Of a stretch of DNA of 63,135 nucleotides, positions 26,212-35,037 are shown piece by piece. The stretch comes from a virus (Duplodnaviria; Caudoviricetes): the IMG/VR virus record IMGVR_UViG_3300045934_000076, positions 1-63,135 of that record; one strand, given 5' to 3'. The notes beneath the pieces are model-generated. The model worked only from the letters and a program-made list of their open reading frames with translations. It had not been told where the DNA came from and did no database searches. How positions within the stretch are numbered: position 1 is the first letter of the stretch; every line of letters begins with the position of its first letter. Both the position numbers and the translations under genes were made by a program.

Positions 26212-28257
26212 ATGGGCCTCGAGTTCAAGGACGCGAAGGAGGCGGCATCGTTCTATGTCGGCCTCGGCTGGTATCCCATCCCCCTCACTCCAAAGACGAA
26301 GGAGTGCCGGGATGCGGATTGGCGCACACGGGTCTACACTCCCGACGAATTCGATGCCGACGGCAACATAGGCATCCGCCTCGTCAAGGAAAGCGACGTT
26401 CGTCAGAAGAAGCTCGTTGGGATAGACCTCGACTGTCAAGAAGCAGTTGACGTCGCCCTGGCGTTCCTTCCTGAGAGCGACGCAGTCTGGGGACGTGAGA
26501 CCAAGGAGCTGTCGCAGATCCTTTATCTCAGCCCCTTCGAGAGACCTGTCACGTACAAGGAGATGACCAGGAACAAGGAGGGGAACATCGTTCCTGGCCA
26601 GACCCTCGTAGAGATTCGCGTCGATCATCAGAGCATGGCCCCTCCGTCGATCCATCCCAACGGCGAGAAGCTGTCGTGGAAGAAGGATCGCATAGAGCCT
26701 AGTGCAGTAGAGCACAAGGTTCTCTTGCGGGCGGCTCAGATGGTGGCTACAGCGGCTCTCACAGCTCGCTTCTACCCGGCAGCGGGCAGCCGCCACGACT
26801 GGTGCCTTGCGCTCGCTGGAGCTTTTAAGCTGTTCGGTTTGACCGAAGACGAGGCCGTCGCTCTTGTGACTGCGGCCATGAAGGTCGCGGGCGACACGAA
26901 GACCAAGGATCGCAAGCTCGAGATCAGAACGACTTACGCCCGGAGCGACGACGAGCCAACGGCAGGCCTCAACAAGCTCGTCGAGTCGATGGGCGAGGAG
27001 AAGGGCAAGCTCTTCGTCGAGAGCCTGCGCAAGATCTGGGCCGAGAAGAGCCCCTTCAGGACTGACGATCGTGGCAAGAAGGTCATCGCCAATGATCAGG
27101 CCAACGTGAGGCGAGCCCTCAACAAGATGGAGGTCAAGGTCTACAAGGACGAGTTCAGCTATCGGCTCTTGGTTCGCCGAGGGGCCGATCCACCTGAGTA
27201 CTACACCGATGACGTTCGCAATCGCCTCTGGCTGGAGCTTGATTCAAGATTCCACTTCCGCCCATCACTCGAGTTCTTCGAGATCGTCTTGAAGAATTCC
27301 GCCGAAGGCAACTCGGTCCATCCCGTTCGTGAGTATCTCGAGTCGCTCAAGTGGGACGAGACTCCTCGGATAGACGGATGGCTCTCAGCGTATGGCGGAG
27401 CCAAGACCAACGACTACGTCAAAGCAGTAGGAACCATCATTCTCATCGCAGCCGTCAAGAGAGTGATGGAACCTGGCTGCAAGTTCGACGAGCTGCTCGT
27501 TCTCGAGAGCCCACAGGGCCACAACAAATCTACGATGCTCAGGACCCTCTGCCCCCACGAGAATTGGTTCAGCGACGATCTGCCACTTGGAGTGGACTCG
27601 AAGCTCGTGATCGAGAGGACTGCCGGCAAGTGGATCGTTGAGGCCCAAGAACTCATGAACATGAGGCGCACTCAAGTTGAGCACCTCAAGTCCTTCCTGA
27701 GCCGACAGACCGACGGTCCCGTGAGACTGGCCTACGAGCGTAACTCACGTGAGCTCCAGCGTCAGTTCATCATCATCGGAACGACGAACGCGAGTACTTA
27801 CTTGAAGGACCAGACTGGCAACCGTCGCTTCTGGCCTGTGCGAGTGAAGCTGTTCCAGGTCGGTAAGATCGCGCAAGACAGAGACCAGCTCTGGGCCGAG
27901 GCGTTCAAGCGATACAAGGATGGCGAGAGCATCAGGCTCAAGACCTCGCTGTGGGCCGAAGCTGGCAAGCTCCAGGAGTCTCGTCGAACCATTGATCCTT
28001 GGGAGGACAAGATCGACGCTCTGGTGGCAGGTCTCCCGAGCGACAGCGATAAGCAACGAGTGGATCCCGAGGAGGTGTGGTCGTCGCTCGGTATCAGCCT
28101 AGATAGACGAAGCACTCAAGACGGCGAGCGGATCGCAGCCCTCCTCGAGAGGCACGGGTTCCGTCGCATGAGCGTGCGAGGGAAAGACGGGAAGGTCATG
28201 AAGGGATGGGGCAGGGATCTCGTAGACGGGATCTGGAAGCCGGGAGGTTGGGAATGA
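26212..28257 (+). CDS. Primase-polymerase fused to a VapE/VirE-type helicase
   Basis: NIGI, IDLD, APPSIHPNG; PGCKFD, ESPQGHNKST, GTTN, DQTGNRRFWPV. Confidence 0.92.
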   Translation: MGLEFKDAKEAASFYVGLGWYPIPLTPKTKECRDADWRTRVYTPDEFDADGNIGIRLVKESDVRQKKLVGIDLDCQEAVDVALAFLPESDAVWGRETKELSQILYLSPFERPVTYKEMTRNKEGNIVPGQTLVEIRVDHQSMAPPSIHPNGEKLSWKKDRIEPSAVEHKVLLRAAQMVATAALTARFYPAAGSRHDWCLALAGAFKLFGLTEDEAVALVTAAMKVAGDTKTKDRKLEIRTTYARSDDEPTAGLNKLVESMGEEKGKLFVESLRKIWAEKSPFRTDDRGKKVIANDQANVRRALNKMEVKVYKDEFSYRLLVRRGADPPEYYTDDVRNRLWLELDSRFHFRPSLEFFEIVLKNSAEGNSVHPVREYLESLKWDETPRIDGWLSAYGGAKTNDYVKAVGTIILIAAVKRVMEPGCKFDELLVLESPQGHNKSTMLRTLCPHENWFSDDLPLGVDSKLVIERTAGKWIVEAQELMNMRRTQVEHLKSFLSRQTDGPVRLAYERNSRELQRQFIIIGTTNASTYLKDQTGNRRFWPVRVKLFQVGKIAQDRDQLWAEAFKRYKDGESIRLKTSLWAEAGKLQESRRTIDPWEDKIDALVAGLPSDSDKQRVDPEEVWSSLGISLDRRSTQDGERIAALLERHGFRRMSVRGKDGKVMKGWGRDLVDGIWKPGGWE

Positions 28258-29227
28258 TCAAAGTGTTCAAGGCCCAAGACTGGAACGCGTCGTTCGCCTA
28301 TGCTCCTCCACTTGTGGACAAAGCCGTGAATCTTGACGAGGTGAGCACAGCGCAGGTCTGCGATTCGCGAGGCGAAGGTCCGTGGATGAACGTTCGCATG
28401 CGAAACGGGGAGTCGTTCATCGCTCAAGGTCGACCTCAGGATCTGGTGCAATGATCGGACATCGTGTTCGTATCCTCACGAAGACCTTCGTTCACAAGGA
28501 CATGAACTTCTGGTTCGTGCGATGGACGGAGTCCAGCCCGATCACCTGCACGCGGAGCACATCGCGATATCGTTTCTTCGAGACTTGGGATCAGGCGATT
28601 CGGTTGGCACTCTCGCTCAAGTTCTTCGGTGGACTGTGATCGAGTTCGGCTTCTCGGACAAGGTCCATCACTCGCGTGTGACTTACGAGATCCTTCCTGG
28701 TCTTGTTGACCTTCATCGATGAGACCTGCTGCCATCCTCTCAAGGGAGGGTCGGCTCTCGGTGATGGACCCGACAGGCCGTGTCGTCCTTGCTCCGATGA
28801 CTATTGCTCCAGCAAGGAGCCAGTCACTCCACGTCCACTGGATCGCTCTCTTCCCTTTGACACAAGGCTCAAGTCGGGATTCTGGAGAATGGCATGAGGG
28901 TCAGTCTCAAGTTCGTTCCGCAGGACGTGTGGATCGGCGTCTTCTGGCGCAAGACTGAGCTGGAGTACATCCTTGGAGGAGTGCTCTACGAGATGTTCAT
29001 CTGTGTGTTGCCGTGCTTCCCCATCCATCTGTCATGGACAAGGAGTGTGCTCTCATGAACGCGGAGCAAGAGCTCAACCATGCCCTGTTTGCCCTCGTAA
29101 ATCGTGACACTCCCTGGCGCTTTGTCCAAGAGAAGGGAATGGAGCGATTCATGAAGGCCCTCGAGAAGTACGTTGACGAGCGTGTAAAGAACGCTCTCGA
29201 GGACCTGTCACCGACGCTGTTGGGACT

Positions 29228-30094
29228 GTGAGCGAGCACCCTCCAGACTGCGCTTGCCCCGACTGCGACTGGACCGATGTGAGTAAGGATCTTGGGATCG
29301 GGATCACTCCTGTCATCACGATCGACTCGGCTCCCTTCATGAATCAGCTCAAGCTGATCGCGAAGGAGTTCGATGGATGGAGGTTACTTGGTTTTGACCA
29401 TCCGTGCTCTGACCCTCCATCTCATCCTAACTGCCGATGTGTTCTAGTTCCTGTCGCCGATCCTCCAAAGCCGAATGAAGGACGCGAAGCTGGCCTGAAA
29501 GTCTTGGAGGGACTCGGCAAGCCCAGGACCGAGCCGATCAAGCTTCCAAGGATAGAGGCCGAGCTGAGCTGGCTCGTGAGCGACTATCCCTTCGATGACA
29601 TCTACATCCCCGATCCCGAGTTCTTCGTTCCTCAGATCCCTCCGCCTCCAATGGTTCGCCGATGCAAGCACTGCGGACAAGAACCAGGAACTGATCGCCA
29701 TCCCGACTGTCGCTCTAACCCTGATCGCGGAGCGGATGGAGCGAATCACGAGGATGTTGTCTCAGTGGACGCTGCCTCCATCATCGGCATGGATGTTGGA
29801 GAAGAGTCGAGCTTCTCCATCGGCATCAAGATCCCTCCTGGCATGGCTGAAGCTTTCAAGAAGATGGCTGACGTCGGCAAGGATCTTGGAGCCTCGTTTG
29901 ATGCGATGGCCGACGTCGGCAAGGATCTTGGAGCCTCGTTTGATGCGATGGCTGTCAAGATTGGAGAGATGGTGAGCGCACTCACAGGAAAGAACGCTCC
30001 GAAGACCTGGCCTCAAGTCTACAAGGAGCACAAGTACCTCAAGCGGATGGCGAGCAGACGCAAGCATCACGCTCACAGGAGACGCAAGCGATGA
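29228..30094 (+). CDS. Hypothetical mosaic protein with HPNCRC motif and internal repeat
   Basis: 288-aa ORF with GTGA overlap. Confidence 0.65.
   Translation: MSEHPPDCACPDCDWTDVSKDLGIGITPVITIDSAPFMNQLKLIAKEFDGWRLLGFDHPCSDPPSHPNCRCVLVPVADPPKPNEGREAGLKVLEGLGKPRTEPIKLPRIEAELSWLVSDYPFDDIYIPDPEFFVPQIPPPPMVRRCKHCGQEPGTDRHPDCRSNPDRGADGANHEDVVSVDAASIIGMDVGEESSFSIGIKIPPGMAEAFKKMADVGKDLGASFDAMADVGKDLGASFDAMAVKIGEMVSALTGKNAPKTWPQVYKEHKYLKRMASRRKHHAHRRRKR
29864..29953. repeat. 42-bp tandem repeat (MADVGKDLGASFDA x2)
   Basis: Two near-identical in-frame units. Confidence 0.92.
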
Positions 30095-30504
30095 AGATTC
30101 ACGAGGAGTTCGGTTGCTCCGGCTACTATGGCTTCGGCAACGGAATCGACATGGGCCGAAAGTTGAAAGCCGAAGCGAACATCGTGGGAGACGAAGGATA
30201 CTGCGGAAAGTGTCCCATCAAGGACTCCTGCTGGATCAAGCATCGTGAGCGAGCCAGACGAGTGTTCCCGGACCTGATGCAGCTCGTCGATGAGATCGTT
30301 GCGACTGGCCTCCTCGGGCCTGCCGTGATACGCGAGTACAATCGCAAGCTCGACGAGCTTGAGCCATCCCATGCTCCTCATCACTTTCCAACTCCTGACA
30401 TCTCCATCATGATGGGCAATCACGAAGACGCGATGATGATCGTTGCCGGAGGCAGGCCGAAGGATCGTGGAGCGTCTACCATCAAGTATCCGTTCGGGGA
30501 CTAA
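30091..30504 (+). CDS. Hypothetical protein with Cys motif
   Basis: CSGYYG...YCGKCPIKDSCW. Confidence 0.6.
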   Translation: MKIHEEFGCSGYYGFGNGIDMGRKLKAEANIVGDEGYCGKCPIKDSCWIKHRERARRVFPDLMQLVDEIVATGLLGPAVIREYNRKLDELEPSHAPHHFPTPDISIMMGNHEDAMMIVAGGRPKDRGASTIKYPFGD

Positions 30505-30708
30505 CATGATCCGTCAGCTCTTGTGTGGATGCGCATGGATGCAGTATCCTGAAGGAGACTCCGTCCAGGTATCAATCTGCCCTGACGGGATGCTCTATCC
30601 CGCGCCATGCCTGATTGATCCAGAAAACAAGATGCGTCGTACGGAGTACGTCGCGGAAATGAAGCCATCGCTCTCGGAGTTCTACGATTGAGCCTTCGAG
30701 GAGCGTCT

Positions 30709-30928
30709 TGTAACCGGATGTAACCGGATCTGTAACGCCGTAACTGCTTGACCTGCTTCATTGTAACCGTGTAACCGTTGTAATCCCGTTTCCGTAAAGT
30801 ACTTGACGTCACTCCGCGGTCACTCGAGGAGGGTACCCTCGACCCTGCGGTTACAGCGACTACACGGTTACTTTCCTTTGTTTACTTACACTTAAGAAGT
30901 TACAGAAGGGGAGTTACAGACGGTTACA
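30709..30928. repeat. Iteron-like array around a palindrome: candidate replication origin or packaging site
   Basis: GTAAC at 30710, 30720, 30732, 30740, 30763, 30771; GTTAC at 30850, 30867, 30899, 30913, 30923; central GAGGGTACCCTC at 30829-30840. Confidence 0.75.
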
Positions 30929-31025
30929 TCCGTCCACCTTATTAGTGTGGACAATCTAGTTGCTAACACCGCGACTAGGCTTGCGCCACCTCCTCGAGGC
31001 GTGCTACCACGCGCGCAGGCCAGTC

Positions 31026-31349
31026 ATGCCACGCACTCCACGCGAGTTCCGCGCAAAGGTCATCGAGCTTCTCAACGACGAGACCTATCTCACGAACCTG
31101 AGCATCCGTCTTCGCGAGGGGACCTGTGCGCCTGGAATCGAGAGGCTCTTCTGGGAAGTAGCCGCGAACATCGTCCAGAAGGTCGAAATCACTGATCGTA
31201 CAAAGCGCCCGATCACCGGCGACGTGCAGGATCCGGTCGAGCGCGCCAAGCTTCTCTTCCAGAAGGCCGCATCACTCAGCAGTGGCATCGACGCTCAAGC
31301 GTCGGCAGCCGATCTCCTCAAGTCAATCTCCGAGAAGAAAGTCCACTGA
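31026..31349 (+). CDS. Putative terminase small subunit
   Basis: Position directly upstream of the large subunit; no recognisable motif. Confidence 0.5.
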   Translation: MPRTPREFRAKVIELLNDETYLTNLSIRLREGTCAPGIERLFWEVAANIVQKVEITDRTKRPITGDVQDPVERAKLLFQKAASLSSGIDAQASAADLLKSISEKKVH

Positions 31350-32674
31350 GCGAAGAGCTCGAACTCGTAGAGCAGGAACTGGATCAGCTGGAGGAGTCCC
31401 TCTACATCGAGGAGCTCCAGCTCAAGTGGGAGCGTGGCCTCCCGAAGATCCTGCGTCCACTCCTCGAGCCCTCTCGGTACAAGGCCCTCCATGGCGGTCG
31501 TGGAGGGATGAAGTCCCACTTCTTCGCCGAGCTGATGATCCGTCGTGCGCGACGTCAGCCCGGCTTCAGAGGAGTGTGCATCCGCGAGGTGCAGAACTCT
31601 CTCGCAGAGTCTGTCAAGCGCCTCCTCGAGGACAAGATCAAGGAGTTCGGCCTCGGCAGTGAGTTCCGAATCCTGCAGAGCCACATCGAAACACTCAACG
31701 ACGGGATCATCATCTTCCGCGGAATGAAGGAGCAGACTGCGGAGAGCATCAAGTCGTTGGAGGGCTACGACGTGGCCTGGGTTGAAGAGGCTCAGACGTT
31801 CAGCGAGCGCTCTCTCACTCTGCTGCGGCCCACCATCCGTAAGGATGACAGTGAGCTCTGGTTCTCGTGGAACCCCAACGAGTCAACCGACCCTGTCGAC
31901 AAGTTCTTCCGTGAGGCGAATCCTCCCGACTGCATCATCATCGAGACGAGCTATCTCGACAACCCTCGGCTCCCTCAGGTCATGCTGCGTGAGGCCGAGT
32001 GGGATCGTCAGCGTGACGCCGATAAGTACGCGCATGTCTGGCTCGGCAAGTACAAGAAGATCAGTGAGCTGCGCGTCTTCCGAAACTGGAAGGTCGAAGC
32101 GATCGAGGCACCCATCGACATCCCTCGGTTGTTCGGTGGCGACTGGGGATTCAGCATCGATCCCACGGTTCTCATCTCAGGGTACATGCATCCTGAGCTG
32201 AAGCGCACGCTCGTCATCGACCATGAAGTCTACGAGGTCGGGTGTGAGATCGAAGACACTCCCGATCTGTGGGACGCGCTCTTCTGTGACGGCCTGTGCC
32301 CTGCGAAGAGGAGCGAGTGTGAGCGTCCCTCGCATGGCGCAGCGCGGCGATGGCCCATCATCGGTGACTCCGCGAGACCCGAGACCATCTCTCACATGCA
32401 ACGTCACGGGTACAAGAAGCTGGAGCCGTCGAAGAAGGGACCGAACTCCGTGGAGGAAGGAGTCATCTTCCTTCAGGGTCTCAACATCATCGTGCATCCG
32501 CGGTGCAGGCACGCGATCAACGAGCTTCAGTTCTACTCGTACAAGGCCGACCCTCTCACGGGCCGACCGACGGCGATACTCGCCGACAAGAAGAACCACG
32601 TCATCGACTCAGCGCGGTACATGCTCGAGCCGCTTCGCGCTGAAGTCAAGGCGAGCGGAGGTCTGCTTTGGTAG
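31346..32674 (+). CDS. terL: Terminase large subunit (PBSX-like); start probably the non-canonical CTG at 31346
   Basis: RYKALHGGRGGMKSH Walker A, WVEEA Walker B, SWNP, GGDWGFSIDP, NHVIDSARY. Confidence 0.93.
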   Translation: MSEELELVEQELDQLEESLYIEELQLKWERGLPKILRPLLEPSRYKALHGGRGGMKSHFFAELMIRRARRQPGFRGVCIREVQNSLAESVKRLLEDKIKEFGLGSEFRILQSHIETLNDGIIIFRGMKEQTAESIKSLEGYDVAWVEEAQTFSERSLTLLRPTIRKDDSELWFSWNPNESTDPVDKFFREANPPDCIIIETSYLDNPRLPQVMLREAEWDRQRDADKYAHVWLGKYKKISELRVFRNWKVEAIEAPIDIPRLFGGDWGFSIDPTVLISGYMHPELKRTLVIDHEVYEVGCEIEDTPDLWDALFCDGLCPAKRSECERPSHGAARRWPIIGDSARPETISHMQRHGYKKLEPSKKGPNSVEEGVIFLQGLNIIVHPRCRHAINELQFYSYKADPLTGRPTAILADKKNHVIDSARYMLEPLRAEVKASGGLLW

Positions 32675-35037
32675 CAGTCGTCCGTCAGTTGAGCGACTTC
32701 GTTCAGCGTGCAGGCCTCGCCCTCAAGGCGGGCATGACGTTCGGTGGGAAGCGGGATCTCTTCGCTGTGCTTGGGTACAAGCGCGAGCTGACTCCCGACG
32801 ACTATCGTGCACGATACGAGAGGAACGGAATCGCTGCTCGTGTAGTCGAGTCGCTCCCTCAGGCCACATGGAGGGGAGGTGCCGAGCTCATCGAGGATGA
32901 GGACCCGGACGTCAGCACCGACTTCGAACAGATCTGGGAGGACTTGGACAAGAGGCTCGGCATCTGGTCCACGTTCTCGAAGGCCGATGTCCTCGCTGGC
33001 CTCGGTCAGTTCTCCATCATCCTGATCGGTGCGCCGGGCAAGCTCGAGACTCCTCTGCCGTCAAGCATGACCGCAGAGCAGCTCATCTATCTCACGCCGT
33101 TCGCACAGGACGACGTCGACATCGTGTCTTACGTTGAGGACGAAGCCGACCCTCGCTTCGGTCTGCCCGCTGCATACATGATCAAGCGGCTCACGTCAGC
33201 AAAGGGTTCGGTTCGTGCGAAGAAGGTCGATGCGTCACGTGTGCTCCACATCGCCGACGGCGTTCTCGACGATCGCGTGTTCGGCACTCCTCGGCTCTCT
33301 CGCGTCTGGAACTGGCTCGACGACTTGGAGAAAGTGACTGGCGCAGGGAGCGAGTCGTTCTGGCTGCGAGCGCATCAGGGCTTCCACTTCGACCTCGATA
33401 AGGACCTGGTCATGTCCGAGCCGGACGTGAAGAAGGTCCAGGATGCAGCAGAGGAGTTCGCGCATCAGCTGCGAAGGACCATCGCCACTCGTGGCATGAA
33501 GATGGAGGCCTTCGGCAGCGACGTTGCGAACTTCAACAATCAGGTCGACGCCATCATCACGCTGATCGCAGGGGCCACGGGGATTCCGAAGCGCATCCTG
33601 GTCGGGAGTGAGCGGGGCGAGCTCGCCTCCACGCAGGACAAGACGAACTGGGATGAGAGGGTCAGCGATCGACGGCAGGACTTCGCGGAGCCGAGCATCG
33701 TTCGGCCCTTCGTCGAGATGCTCCAGTCGGTGGGTGTCCTTCCCGAGGTTGAGGAGTGGAATGTCCGCTGGCCCGAGATGATTCAGATGGACGAGGCTCA
33801 GCGCGCGGACATCGCGACGAAGTGGGCCGACCTCAACGCGAAGGCCGGTGAGCTGGTCGTTAAGGGATCCGAGATTCGTGACCACGTTCTGGGTCTTGAG
33901 CCGCTCACCAATGAGGACTTGGCTGAGTTTGAGGCCGACCATCAGCCCGTCGACGAGGTTCCTCCCGATCAGCCTCCTGCTGACGAGACTCAGGTTGACG
34001 TCGTTGACCCCGACGCTGAGGACCCCGAGACTCAGCCTGCCGCAGCCGCGCGACGTGTGCTCGCGTCCATCAGCAAGGGACGTACGGCCATCAAGCCGAG
34101 TCCCGAGCGTCGCATCCAGAAGGTCGCCGACGATGCGCGTGGGCGGTTCGCGGCGATCATCGAGAAGGCAACTCGCAAGGCCGGCGAGATCCTGTCCACG
34201 AGCGCTCTCACGAACGGCCTCGAGAGCAGGACGGAGAGCGAGGTTCTCAAGATCGCCGACCGTGCCATGGAGCAGTTCGAGCACGTCTTGCGTGAGCAGC
34301 TCATGGAGTCGTTGCTCGACATCGTGGACTCGTCAGGCACGTCACTCTCCAAGATCGGCATTCGCGTTGCTCAGGGCAAGATTCGCACAGCGAAGGACAC
34401 CGTCAGGACGTCCTTCAAGAAGAGCAACCCTCGCGCGCGGCAGTGGGCTGCGCAGCGAAGCTCGCGTCTGGTCACCGATGTCACCAAGACCACGCGTGAG
34501 GCGATCAGGAAAGTCATCGCTCGCTCCTTCGAGAAGCAGTTCACAGTCGGTGAGTCAGCTCGCTTGATTCGCAACGTCGTGGGCCTCACCGAGCGCGACG
34601 CTCAGGCTGTGCTGCGTCTGCGTGAGACCCTCGCCGAATCGCCGGGCCAGCTCGTTCGCGCAGGCAACACTCGCATCAGAGTCCCGGAGGATCCGTCGCA
34701 GGACTTCCTCGAGTCCAAGACGGAAGCTTACGCCGACAGGCTCCTTCGTGCTCGTTCCGAGACCATCGCGAGAACCGAGACGATGGCCGCGTCGAACGAG
34801 GGTCAGCGTGAGCTCTGGCTCCAGGCTCAAGACGAGGGACTGCTTCCGCGCAACATCGTTCGCAAGTGGATCATCACCGACGACGACAGGCTCGATGAGG
34901 CCATCTGTGCTGAGATGGAGGGCGAGACCGCCGAGCTCGACGAGCCCTTCGTGCTCCCCGATGGCACCGAGGTGATGGGTCCACCTGCCCATCCCAATTG
35001 CCGATGCACACAGGGCCTCGCGCAGGGGAGGGACTGA
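32668..35037 (+). CDS. Portal protein (DUF1073-like) fused to a MuF/SPP1 gp7-like minor head domain
   Basis: YERNGIAARVV, ATGIPKRILVGSERGELASTQD; C-terminal RSETIARTET...KW...PPAHPNCRC. Confidence 0.85.
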   Translation: MVAVVRQLSDFVQRAGLALKAGMTFGGKRDLFAVLGYKRELTPDDYRARYERNGIAARVVESLPQATWRGGAELIEDEDPDVSTDFEQIWEDLDKRLGIWSTFSKADVLAGLGQFSIILIGAPGKLETPLPSSMTAEQLIYLTPFAQDDVDIVSYVEDEADPRFGLPAAYMIKRLTSAKGSVRAKKVDASRVLHIADGVLDDRVFGTPRLSRVWNWLDDLEKVTGAGSESFWLRAHQGFHFDLDKDLVMSEPDVKKVQDAAEEFAHQLRRTIATRGMKMEAFGSDVANFNNQVDAIITLIAGATGIPKRILVGSERGELASTQDKTNWDERVSDRRQDFAEPSIVRPFVEMLQSVGVLPEVEEWNVRWPEMIQMDEAQRADIATKWADLNAKAGELVVKGSEIRDHVLGLEPLTNEDLAEFEADHQPVDEVPPDQPPADETQVDVVDPDAEDPETQPAAAARRVLASISKGRTAIKPSPERRIQKVADDARGRFAAIIEKATRKAGEILSTSALTNGLESRTESEVLKIADRAMEQFEHVLREQLMESLLDIVDSSGTSLSKIGIRVAQGKIRTAKDTVRTSFKKSNPRARQWAAQRSSRLVTDVTKTTREAIRKVIARSFEKQFTVGESARLIRNVVGLTERDAQAVLRLRETLAESPGQLVRAGNTRIRVPEDPSQDFLESKTEAYADRLLRARSETIARTETMAASNEGQRELWLQAQDEGLLPRNIVRKWIITDDDRLDEAICAEMEGETAELDEPFVLPDGTEVMGPPAHPNCRCTQGLAQGRD

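Noticed and set aside
30700-30930. CRISPR array
   Set aside because: Repeats are 5-6 bp with short irregular gaps and no cas genes are present; the 57402/57782 repeats flank a gene rather than a spacer
32668-33900. Possible anti-CBASS Acb1 label for the DUF1073-like domain
   Set aside because: Position after terminase marks it as portal; no 2H phosphoesterase HxT motifs seen
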